Made by a program: the position numbers and the translations under genes
The notes under the pieces: model-generated
What the model saw: the letters and a program-made list of their open reading frames with translations, nothing else
Database searches by the model: none
Told to the model about the DNA's origin: nothing
Origin: Octopus sinensis
Taxonomy: Eukaryota
Direction: 5' to 3'
Assembly: GCF_006345805.1 (NCBI RefSeq)
Contig: NC_043025.1
Location: 2,108,001-2,172,000, forward strand
Length of the DNA stretch: 64,000 bases
Part shown: piece after piece, positions 24,139-35,956 of the stretch
Numbering within the stretch: position 1 is the stretch's first letter
Layout: each line of letters opens with the position of its first letter

Positions 24139-24899
24139 GACATCAAGCTATTGAAGGTTTGGGTACAGATTAGCTGTTGAAGTTTGGAATATAATTATGT
24201 GTCAATTATTATAATCGTTAAGTGGTGTTCACTTCCGTTTTATATCAAAGCAATACTTAGGCGGAGTTATATATCTCAGTGCTTCACAAACACACACACA
24301 CACACACACACACCAGGACATATACACTTGAAGACCCTTCACACCACAAAATCCTCGCCTGTCATCCTTCATTCGTGTAAAATATTGCTACTTTGATAAC
24401 GAAAATTCTTTTCCCATAACTTTAAAGCTGCTAAAACCTTTAATTCCTCTTCAGAATTGTTATAATTTCTCTAACATATACTTTATTTTACGAACGTAAT
24501 TTTCTGAAACGAACTATTGTTAAACGAATTTGTATCGTTTGTTTCCATGTCTATCATTATATATATCATTTAAATTATTATCGTTATTGATAACGTGATT
24601 TTCTGAAGTGACACTATCGTTAAATGAATCTATCGTCTGCTCACAGGAAAGATTTGGCTGCTATTTCTAGCACATCCAGCTTAAACTTCAGAGAGATTCT
24701 TCGCGAAGAGAATGGTGGATGACAATGTGAACACTGGAGGGTCTAACAAAGAATTTAGAAATGTACGTCATTTTAATGTTGACTTTAGACGTTGTATTTG
24801 GGAAGAGATCGATGATCAATAGTTATCGAGCAAAAGTGAGATGATTCTCAAACATGAAAAATCTGTCGTCTGATCGTATAACAATATTTTGATCATTTC

Positions 24900-25370
24900 C
24901 GGTTAATGTCGCTTTTAAACGATTTTTCTCCAATATTTTTTGTTTTTTCCTTTGCTTCTGACGTTATTTCTTTGATACGAAAGTTTCTTGAGAGTATTGC
25001 TTTTTCTCTGCCCTCCACTGTTCAAAGGTGTTGGCTAGGTTTTCATTGTTTAGGGCCCTGCAATATGCTTGTTTTCTTTTATTTAATATCTTAACCCGGA
25101 TGTTTTTCATTTGATTTCTCTTTTTGTATGTCTCCTTTTCCAAGCTGAGTTCATTCAATTCTTTTAGTACGTTTTGTGTGATTGAATTTAGGTTGTGGAT
25201 ATCCGTTTCTGGAGTTCTGTTTGTTTCTCATTTTGTTGTTTGTAAGTAAGAAGGGAATAAAGTGTTTCTATGTAGATTTGCGTCTTTTGTGGCATTTCAT
25301 GGAAGGCATCAGCAAGGCATTCATTTTTTTATCATGGTTGAAAGTTTTTTGAAATTTCTTCTAATAATAT
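24900..25370 (-). mobile_element. Relic of PLE N-terminal extension
   Basis: KILNKRKQAYCRALNNENLANTFEQWR / AILSRNFRIKEI aligns with KLLNQRKYAYWKSIRCKNIANIYQNWR..PILPRKFLIKEI of ORF 41374-41883. Confidence 0.6.
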
Positions 25371-25430
25371 TTCAGATTTCAGTGATTTGGCACACACACA
25401 CACACACAAATGTGCATGAATGTATAATAT

Positions 25431-25532
<102 letters not shown>

Positions 25533-25894
25533 GTACATGAATACATACATATATATCATTCTGATAACTGTGTGTGCGTGTATATACATACACACACTTA
25601 GATTATTTCAAGTTAATTTCAGTTACGCATATACACACACACATACACACACATACATACACACACACGCACACACACACACGCGCGCGCACCAGCAGAC
25701 AGTGACATAATTTCCATTTCTCTATTTCCGCTGGAATGCTAATGCCGGGGAAGAAGGAAGGTATATCGAGTAAGTGAAGGGGATTGACACGTATCAATCC
25801 CACCAAATGCTTAGAACAGGGTTACGTAAATAATAGCATCACACACACATATACACACACACACACACAAAACTCTCTTCCTCCTCTTTCTCCG

Positions 25895-25925
<31 letters not shown>

Positions 25926-26039
25926 ATCACTTCCTTTCCCCTCTCTCATTTACACTCTTCCACTATCACCGCCCATCTGTGACTGCTAACACAAACTTTT
26001 CATATCGCATTCATATAATGAGAAATAAAGACGCCAATC

Positions 26040-26077
<38 letters not shown>

Positions 26078-26153
26078 CATATATATGCATAATTGTGTGC
26101 GTTGTGTTCCGCTACTTCAATGAAAAAATGTATGGTAAATAAATAAATGACTC

Positions 26154-26201
<48 letters not shown>

Positions 26202-27379
26202 CGCACATATATATATAATCATTCACTAACTCTTACGAACAGAAGCGAAACGACTTCTCTGGTAAGTTACAGTTTTCATTATATTATATCGGCCATCTAT
26301 TGGCCATTGTCCAGCCTCCTCAACGGCATTTAGGATGGGATAAAAAGGGTCTCCACTGTTAAGACTTCATAATTTTGTATCCCCAAATTACCTAATATGT
26401 TTTTTTTATGCATTTATTTTTACTTCAGTAATTTTCAGTTAACCCATTAGCATTGGCACTGGCCACGTCTGGCCCAGATATTCTTCCTGTTTTCTGTTGA
26501 AACTGAACAGATCAGCGCTTTCACAACCACCATGCAAAGTTATTCTAAAAGTAAGCAATCACATAATCAAAATCTCAAAGTTAGAAGATAACGTATGATT
26601 AATTGAAATCGATGTGAATAAATAAGTAATTCCTTTGAATGTTAAAGGAGTAATGTCAACACAAGTATTAGAAACTAGTACACTTATCAAACAGAAATTT
26701 CATCTCAAATTACAACAAGTGGGGTCTTTCTTTAACGACACATTTAAGGTACGGGGGAGTGGTTAAGAATGTTAGTAGTACAAAAAATTGGGTCGGTATT
26801 TTTCTTAGTAGTTGAGTTTTGTTAAGTGTTGTTTGAGGCCGAGAAGGGTCAAATGATAGTAGAGGCGGTTGAATTGCAAACATTTGAAGAAATTTGTGAT
26901 GTGTGTTGGTGAGATTTAGGAGTCTGAGAGGAGGATGAAAAAGCGATTGATCATAATACTCGGAATAAATTTGGAATGCGTGTTATATATATTTATATTT
27001 CTGTGGGTATCTATATATATGTTAACTACTTTATGTTATTAATACTGTGTATTAATGTAGGAGTTTATATTTTTATATATGTGCGTATATGTGTGTGTGT
27101 TTGCATGTATGTATGTAAGCACTTGTATGTATATATTATGTATTTGTAAATGCAAGTTTAGATAGTTCAGATTTATTGCATATGCTCATATATATATATA
27201 TATATATATACATATATGCACACATAGACACACACACACACACACACATATATAAGCTATTTGGAAAGTGTTGACTTGTCGATTGTCAGGTTGACTCTAG
27301 TTTTACATTACAGCTTTGATGGGCCTCGGGGCTTGCTATAGGTTTATTTAGAATTAGTGAAGTGCATGAATGTCGGGAA

Positions 27380-28760
27380 GTATTTATGCTTAGATGAATA
27401 AATAACGTCAGAGAATTTAACAGCGAGGAGTTGTGGAGGCGAAGAATAGTCAATGGCCCTTTTATACATAATATACATTTCCCTATATTTGTGTTGTAGA
27501 GGGGAGCTTCACATACTATGGACCACGATAGAGCGTATTGGACATTGTTTTGAATTGAGGTTGTATATGTGTGTTGCTAAAGATTGAAATAGTTTAGATT
27601 GGGATTAGTGAAAGAATACATATGAGCACGACAACGGCATTCGGAATCCTCAGTGCCACAAATATACAGCCTTGCCTGGTGGGTGCATGGTGTCATCACG
27701 TGGCATTTATAGATTACGCTTTTGAGGAGACAGGAGCCTGCATACCGTATATTTCAGAAGCGCGACAGTTGCAAGTGGTTGGGGTTTACTATTAGTAATG
27801 TTGATGTTGGTTGGTTTGTTGTTAGTGGGGTGAATCTAAATTAGGATTTATATTAGTATCGGATTAGGAGGTTGTAATGGAACTAATATTTGTCGTCTCG
27901 TAGATAGGATTTGAGGTGGCTTATTGAGGTTTGTATTATTGTATTGTCAAAGCTAGCTTGGGATGCAGTGCAAGAGTTTAGATACTTAAAGGACTGTTGT
28001 TGGAGTTCATGGTTTTTCGAGGAGGCTATTATATAGTTATATATAGCTATATATATAACTATAGTTAGGTGCAGTACAATAGGAGATCTTCACTGATGAT
28101 TTATTAAAGATAGGATAAGATTTTTTATGTTGTGGACAAATATTAGATTTTATAATTTTGAAAAATAATTTTGCTAGAGATTTAACTTGGAGCGAGAACG
28201 GTGATAAAAACCATAGGAGTTCGCGTTTCCTAGCCTTTGATTGTTTACAATGTGTGAATGAAGTTCGCTGATTCGAAAATGGAAGTTTGTTGTGATAGGC
28301 TCGAGGTGGCCAATGATGCGAAGGAGTTAAGGTGAGTTTTTTTGTGGAGTTGCTAGATTGGTGTCGAGTTGAAGTAATGGGCTTTGAATCAGTGGAAGAG
28401 ATTTGCTATTTCAGTTTTAAGCTTCGTGTTATTTATATAATAGGTATTTCGAAAAATTCTATTCATTTTGAGGGCCTGATTATAATGATAGACATGTAAC
28501 TACGCTATAAGGGGATAAGTTTTGGATGATTAGAGCGGACATTTAAGTATTGTAAAGATTGATTGGGTTTATAGAAAGAACGGTATAAGTTAGTGTTTAA
28601 GTAAAGAGTAACGTCCAAAAAATTGGTATCAATTTCGAATGAAATACTTAGGATGAAGATTTTGAAGAGTTTGCGTAGGGCTGTCCTTGTGTGCTCTACT
28701 GAAGGTTCAGTTAATCCAGTTACTCGAAGAATTTGCATCATCCCTGTATAGTCTGCCGGT
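27380..28760 (-). mobile_element. Degenerate Penelope-like element (CNCR..G.CL..VIY-type GIY-YIG)
   Basis: RT thumb NFLDVTL..NLYRSFYKPNQSLQYLNVRSNHP; EN remnants TCNCR, GSCLLKSVIYKCHV..LYICGT, WSIVCEAPLYN..KCILC. Confidence 0.75.
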
Positions 28761-29105
28761 TAAGTTAGGGAAGCATTGTTTAATCTGGGGGATGAGGAAC
28801 AAGCCCACGAGGTCTGTGCGTGGGCGGAGTCCGATGAGTCCATTGTTATATCGAAGTAATCCATAGATTCGTTGCGCGTTCAATAATTACACTTAAATTG
28901 AATTAGAATTTTCTTCATTGCCAGAGCGATATTCATATCCGATCTGCGGATGGTAGCATAATTTCGGGCAAATATTAAGGTTTTATCCAAAAGTATTTGT
29001 GATATTGAGGGTAATCATTTGATATTGTTTTATAATTTAGAGTTGAGGAAATATGTATGATATTTGAATTGGACGGGTAGATGTCTACACTTTATTGTTA
29101 ACAGG

Positions 29106-29150
29106 ACACCTGAAGAAGGCTGGAGAATACCTCAGCCGAAACGTGGTAGT
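29106..29150 (+). ncRNA. Hammerhead-like motif, same family as 15880-15922
   Basis: acac-CUGAAGA-A-GGCUG(gagaauaccu)CAGCC-GAAAC-GUG; stem I and cleavage triplet degenerate. Confidence 0.5.
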
Positions 29151-30617
29151 AACAACTAACAAGATGAGGACACCTGTCTGTCGATTGTAAATATTCTTTT
29201 CTACTCTAGTCATAAAGCCCTAAATTTTGGGGTAGGGCCCAGTTGATTAAATAGACCCCACTAGTCAACGGGTACTTAATGTTTCAAACCCGAAAGGATG
29301 AAAGGTAAAGTCGAAATCGGTAAAATTTTTAACTCAGAACGTAAAAACAGAACGCTAAGCATTTTGCCCTGCGTGCTATCGTTTCTGCCAACTCGGCGCC
29401 TTGTCCATTGTAAATATTGCAATAATTTGATATGTCAAACTGAAGGAAATTAGTGCGTTTATGGTGGAGAGAGGGAAACCAAAAATAACGTCTCATGTGC
29501 AATTCCATAGCGGGAGCTCAACATTATTCCTGACACGGTGTATAATACGGTCAATAATGTATTAACTAATTCGACCTAAGTCGGATTTTCTGGGGCAAAT
29601 GAGTTGTGTACATGACTGTTACTTTGTTGAAAGTTGTATACATATTCACATATATGTGAATATGTATACATATATGTGTACATATGTATACATATATGTG
29701 AATATGTATACAACCTTCAACAAACAGTCATGTACACAACCTGGACGGACACATGCCAGTACACGGACATACGTTCACATACACATACACATATACACAC
29801 TCTCACAGACACGTCTGCCCATTCTCCTAGACACTCACATACATACGTAGCACTTGAGTACAAACATACATACATACCTACGTATGGGCAAACACACGTA
29901 CATACGCACGTACATGTACGCACACACATACATGGGCACATGCATACGAGCGCGTATACATACATACGCACATGCGTACGTATGTACATACACACACATA
30001 CATACATACATACATACATACATACATACATACATACATACGCACATACATACATACATACGCACAATAGTAAAATAAAAGTTCTGTGATATAGAGATAA
30101 ATATATGATAATAGGTTTTAGTGTATAGTTCTGGGAGTGAGGATCGTAAATCACTTCCTGGCTTCGGCGGGGCGGGGCGGTGAGTTGAAATTTGATATTA
30201 TTGTGATGAGTGGTCACTCTACATCTATCCATCACTACAGGTTTATAGCTTTATGTTTATAGTGTGTATGTGCGTGCATACACACACACATACATACATA
30301 CATACATACATACATACATACATACATACATACATACATACATACATGCATACACAGGCGTATGTACGTACATGCATACATACATGCATACACATATACA
30401 TGCATACATATGTGTATGCATACATACACACATACATACGTACATATATATGACGAACTAACTGTTACTTTCTCAGATGCAGCACGGATTTTTGTCAGTG
30501 AACAGGTCGCAGATTTTAGCGACGAAAATATTTTGACAAATTAAACTTAAATGTTGAAGTGAATCGAACAGCTTTTGTGTGTTTCTTAAATGGCTTATAA
30601 ACACCTTCCATGCTGCA

Positions 30618-30703
<86 letters not shown>

Positions 30704-30739
30704 GGTATATATATATATAAACAAATCACCAAAACAATT

Positions 30740-33080
30740 AAAACCATCCACTCTCGCCTCAACATTTTGCTTAATGTCCAAGGCATCAGCCTTTCCACCA
30801 ATACCCAAAAATGGAAGATATAATTCCTGGAGGACTGGGTCGATGCCCATCCAAACCACATCCCTTTCTTCGTCCTCACTGAAACCCATCTTAGTAACCT
30901 TCACTTGGAAGCCGAGGTGAAAGTTAAAAATTTCAAAGCCATTCGTGCTGATCGTGCTGGCAGAAGAAAGGGTGGGACTGCCATTTATGTTCATGATTCA
31001 TTCTCAACAGAAGCTATGAACATATTTTCCAATGGATACTGCGAAGCAGTCGCTGTATGCAGTCAAACCAACAACTTAACAGTAGTTGGGCTCTACAGAC
31101 CACCCCAAACGCCCCTACCATGCTTCAAGGAATGCCTCAACAACATAAAGTGTTTCATTCAGCAGTGTCAACCTGACAACATTTTAATGATGGGAGACTT
31201 CAACCTTCCCGGGGTTGACTGGTCTACAAACAGTCTGCCGCCAGGTTCTTCTCTCTCAACCTCTGACAGGGAGGCAGTGGAATCGCTTCTTGGCTTCATG
31301 GATGATTTCTTCCTGTCCCAACTGGTGCTCGAACCAACGAGATGTCATAAAAACGTCTTAGACTTAATTTTCAGCAATCACACTGATACTATCCACAATA
31401 TTGCAGTGGAGAAAATCCTACTCTCTGATTATGACATGGTTCTCTGTGATCTGAGATTTCACCGGCCAAAATGCAAAACAAATGTCATCCCTCCTGTCCA
31501 TCCATTTGACACTATGGATTTCCACAATGCAAACTGGGAAGCGATCAATAATGATCTTGCACAAGTCGATTGGTCCTTCACGCACACATACACACCCACT
31601 AACATCAAAAAGTCCTGGCAGTCATTTGTAGACACCATTACGAACATATGTGCAAAACACACCCCATTAAGATCTGCAAACACATCTAAGTGTCGAATCC
31701 CTAGAAATAGAATATCTCTCATCAGGAAAATTATAAGAATTAACAAACAAATCAACAAGCTGAAATACTGTCAACAGCAACACACCAACCTGACTGCCAT
31801 TTCGTCGCTAGAGATTAAAAAACATAAACTCCAAAACAACATGATGTCTATCATCAATAGTCAGCGAAGAGCTGAAGAGGCCTGGGCCATTGAGAAGATC
31901 AAACTCAATCCCAAAGTGTTCTTTACATTTTCAAAAAAAAAACACAGAGTCACTGGTTCTACTGTTGGCCCTCTGATTGATGAAAATGGTACTCTTCAAG
32001 ACAATGCCAAAACAATCGGAGAGATATTGCAGAAACAATATTGCTCTGTTTTCAGCAATCCTGATATGACTGATCTGGGCTGTATCAGTGATGTTACCCC
32101 CCAATTCACTTTATCGGACAAAACTTTGGCGCTCCTGATGTCTTAGCAGCAATAAAGGAAATGAAACATAATTCAGCAGTAGGTCCAGTTAGGTTCCCTG
32201 CTTGTGTCTTGAAGATGTGTCAAAACCAACTTGCACACCCTCTAGCCAATCTGTGGCGGAACTCACTGGATGCTGGATATATACCAGAAGACCTTCTATT
32301 CCAGTCTCTTGTCCCAGTTTTCAAAAAAGGAAACAAATCGCTTGCCGTGAATTACCGTCCAATCTCACTCACCTCTCATATCATTAAAGTATTTGAGAGA
32401 GTGCTGCGATCGCGTATGACTCACTTCCTTGAGAGTGAGTCATACTGCATCATTTTGATGACGTTTTGAGAGCCTTGGGAGAGGGTTCCAACACTGATGT
32501 CATCTACCTTGATTTCAGCAGGCCTTTGACAATGTTGATCATAAGATCCTTTTGAGAAAGCTGTCCAATATTGGTGTCACTGGAAAGCTGCTGCAGTGGA
32601 TCAAGTGCTTCCTGTCTAACAGAACCCAACATGTTGTAGTCGAAGGAGTCAAATCCAGCCCAGCCAAAGTCAGCAGTGGTGTCCCAAAAGGCACTGTGTT
32701 GGGCCCACTTCTCTTCATCATCTACATAAAAGATATTACTGACACCATCAAACACAGTAACATCAGAACCTTCGCTAATGATTCCAAGCTCCAGAAGGTC
32801 ATCAATGGCGTGGATGACCGAATAAGCCTTCAGTCAGACCTACTGACTGTTGTCCAATGGGCGGAAAAGAACAACATGTTGCTAAACGAAGACAAATTCG
32901 AACTGATCCATTTTGGAAGGGAGGACGCTCTGAAACTCCCATACTCCCTTCCTTCTGGAGAAATTCTCATGGCGTCCAACAACATCAGAGACTTGGGAGT
33001 AACAGTGGACAACAACATTAGCTTGGCTACACATATAAGACGCAAAGTTGACATGGCCCGCAGAATGTGTTCCTGGATCC
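30740..33080 (+). mobile_element. CR1/Jockey-group LINE ORF2 (APE endonuclease + RT), disrupted
   Basis: VVGLYRPP, MGDFNLP.VDW, PTR..NVLDL; RT NYRPISLTSHIIKVFERV, SGVPKGTVLGPLLF, FANDSKL; frameshifts and an internal deletion. Confidence 0.9.
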
Positions 33081-33454
33081 TTGTGGGACACCACTGCTGA
33101 CTTTGGCTGGGCTGGATTTGACTCCTTCGACTACAACATGTTGGGTTCTGTTAGACAGGAAGCACTTGATCCACTGCAGCAGCTTTCCAGTGACACTAAT
33201 ATTGGACAGCTTTCTCAGAAGGATCTTATGATCAACCCTGTCAAAGGCCTGCTGAAATCAACGTAGATGACATCAGTGTTGGAACCATCTCCCAAGGCTC
33301 TCAAAATGTCATCAAAATGATGTAGTAGCTGCGTCAGGCAATCTCTTCCATTACGGAATCCATGGTGGTTGGAGTTCAGCATATTATGACTCTCAAGGAA
33401 GTGAGTCATACGCGATCTCAGCACTCTATCAAATATCTTAATGATATGAGAGGT

Positions 33455-33456
<2 letters not shown>
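33081..33456 (-). mobile_element. Inverted partial copy of the same LINE RT region (about 32365-32690)
   Basis: Reverse complement match; reads [35 protein letters not shown]. Confidence 0.9.
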
Positions 33457-33550
<94 letters not shown>

Positions 33551-33576
33551 CATATATATATAAATATATATATATA

Positions 33577-33634
<58 letters not shown>

Positions 33635-33639
33635 TATAT

Positions 33640-33698
<59 letters not shown>

Positions 33699-33749
33699 TA
33701 TTGAATTTCTAAATCTCTCGTAGAGACATGTACGGTGGTGGGGCGATAG

Positions 33750-34035
33750 AATGGTTGTATACTGTCAATCTAACAAGAACGTGACAGTAGGGGGTACACC
33801 ACCGCTGTATAGCCCTAGGAAGCATCGAACGCCTCCTGATAGCTTTGACACATTTTTCCCTGTGTCCTTATATACATATACGAAGGAGAGACAAACACCC
33901 CCGGCCGCCGGAACTGCATCTAGGGACACCGTGTTTCAGGATCGTTGTCCTTCATCGGCCTAGAGTAGCAGACACCGGTCAGCTGGTGATATTTGCCTGG
34001 ACTTCGTAATTGTATATATGTATATTCAGTGAAGT
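33750..34035 (-). mobile_element. Hammerhead-bearing repeat (PLE terminal-repeat or retrozyme-like), copy A
   Basis: Diverged inverted homologue of 34148-34207 + 39688-39920. Confidence 0.7.
33920..33963 (-). ncRNA. Type I hammerhead ribozyme, U4C core variant
   Basis: CUAGG-CCGAUGA-AGGA(CAACGA)UCCU-GAAA-CAC-G-GUG-UC^-CCUAG. Confidence 0.7.
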
Positions 34036-34066
34036 CTATTCACTGATTATCAAAATAAGAAATATG

Positions 34067-34149
<83 letters not shown>

Positions 34150-34675
34150 TTCACTGAAAATTAGATATATATATTTACGAAACCGAGACAAATATCCGCA
34201 GCTAGCAAGTCTTTTTGAATTTTTTCCTCGGATTACGGCAAACATTTTTCTGTTGCTACAAGCCGTTGTGTGAGTTCGATTCTGTTAGTCTCTTTGTTTT
34301 GTGTTACACGTGAAAATTTTTTGAACTGTTGTTTTTTGACCCAGTAATTTTCGCCCTTCGGGGTAGAAAGTTTCTGTGTTTTTTGTGTAAACTTTTAACC
34401 TGTATAGGTTATTTTTGAAAAATTCCCTAGTCATTTGTGACAAGTTTCTTGTTTTCTATAATGGAAATTGACTTAAATTCAAAAAAGATTTTCCCGAAAT
34501 GGGAAAAGGCACAAACGTTAACAAACAAATGGTTACACAGGCAAAACCAAGTTTCTCTGATTCCGTAGGCGGCAACGTGGTAGAACTGGAAGTAGCAATG
34601 GAGAAGCTCTTCCAGTTCAGAAAGTTAATTAAAAAAAAGCGGTGAAGAAATGCGATTAATACCGCCCCTGAAACT

Positions 34676-35707
34676 ATGCAGGCAATTCGAGAAAAGACGG
34701 TTACTTATAAAGTCTATAATATAGAAGAAAAAAGAATAACCGACGTGAAAAATGATATAGTGGAAAGGTGTATGGCGCCAATATGGAGTAAGGTTCGCTA
34801 CGTCAGCCGAGGGGCGAGAAGCGCTACAATAGAAACTCATTTCGAGTCGGCCGATGTAGCGAAGGAAATTTCAACACGAACTTTGAAAAGCGAGCATATC
34901 CTATTACTACCCTTGTATTTGGAGCGTAGGATGGCGAAAGTTACACTGGATGACATACCAAGGGGCTACGAAGTGATGTGGGCGGCAACAGCGGTCATAT
35001 TTGATGTGGAGGAAAAATTAATAATATTGAGCATGAGGAAGAAAGAGGCAACGAACTGGAAAGGCCAACAGTTTGAGATGATTATTCAAGCAGAAAATTC
35101 AACTCTGGAAAGCTTGCCAGATAGGGTCTTCGTGGGAGAGGGGCATACCATACGTGTATCGGTAGAGGGACGCAGGCCCAGATGTTTCAAGTGCGGGCAA
35201 AAAGGCCATGTTCGCTCCGTATGTACGAAAAAAAAAACGGTCAACGCCCCTCCTCAAAACGCTGGAAAAAACACAGAGAACAAAGCAGACAACACAGCAA
35301 CAACAAAAGGAAACGCGGAAAAGAAAAAACAGACTGAGTTTCAAAAAGAGGAGAACAAGAAGAGGAGAAACAAAACAAAAAAGAAAAATGAGCAAGAAGA
35401 AATGGAATACACGACTGTGACAAACAAAAGAAAAAAATCTAACACCCCTAACTCCCCACCCCAAACAAAAAACAAAATCAATGATGCAGACGAACAACAT
35501 AAAAAAATTTTCCAATCCCATCCCGCTGGTACTACTTTTGTAGGACAGCAATTCAATAAACCCCACCCCCCAACTTTAAAAGGGTTTAAATCAAATGATA
35601 AGTGTATAGCTTATAATACGAGAAATGAGAGAGTTGTGAGGTTCGTGAAAACAAGAACTCAAATCAAATGCTTTAAAACGACAGAGAAGGACCCGGAATG
35701 GAGATAG
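34676..35707 (+). CDS. Tx1-like ORF1 (gag-like, CCHC zinc knuckle, basic C-terminus)
   Basis: 343-aa ORF; probably extended 5' to about 34460 through a frameshift. Confidence 0.8.
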   Translation: MQAIREKTVTYKVYNIEEKRITDVKNDIVERCMAPIWSKVRYVSRGARSATIETHFESADVAKEISTRTLKSEHILLLPLYLERRMAKVTLDDIPRGYEVMWAATAVIFDVEEKLIILSMRKKEATNWKGQQFEMIIQAENSTLESLPDRVFVGEGHTIRVSVEGRRPRCFKCGQKGHVRSVCTKKKTVNAPPQNAGKNTENKADNTATTKGNAEKKKQTEFQKEENKKRRNKTKKKNEQEEMEYTTVTNKRKKSNTPNSPPQTKNKINDADEQHKKIFQSHPAGTTFVGQQFNKPHPPTLKGFKSNDKCIAYNTRNERVVRFVKTRTQIKCFKTTEKDPEWR

Positions 35708-35956
35708 GCAAGGGTCGGCGAGGAAGAATTCACGGAGAGACTCTTCCAACAACATGTAAAGGACGGTTTCATTAAGGATGTCACCCAGGAGGTGATAGTT
35801 GGGAGAGTGCATATCAGCCCGGCAGCCACACCAACCCAGAGCCCGGTGGCAACGCCGGTGAAATGCCCAGCAACAACGGAGAGTGTGGGGGAGGCAGGCA
35901 GACATAACCTGTCATGCTCCCTCTCGCAACCGTAAGTAAATTATTTTCTTTCTTCG

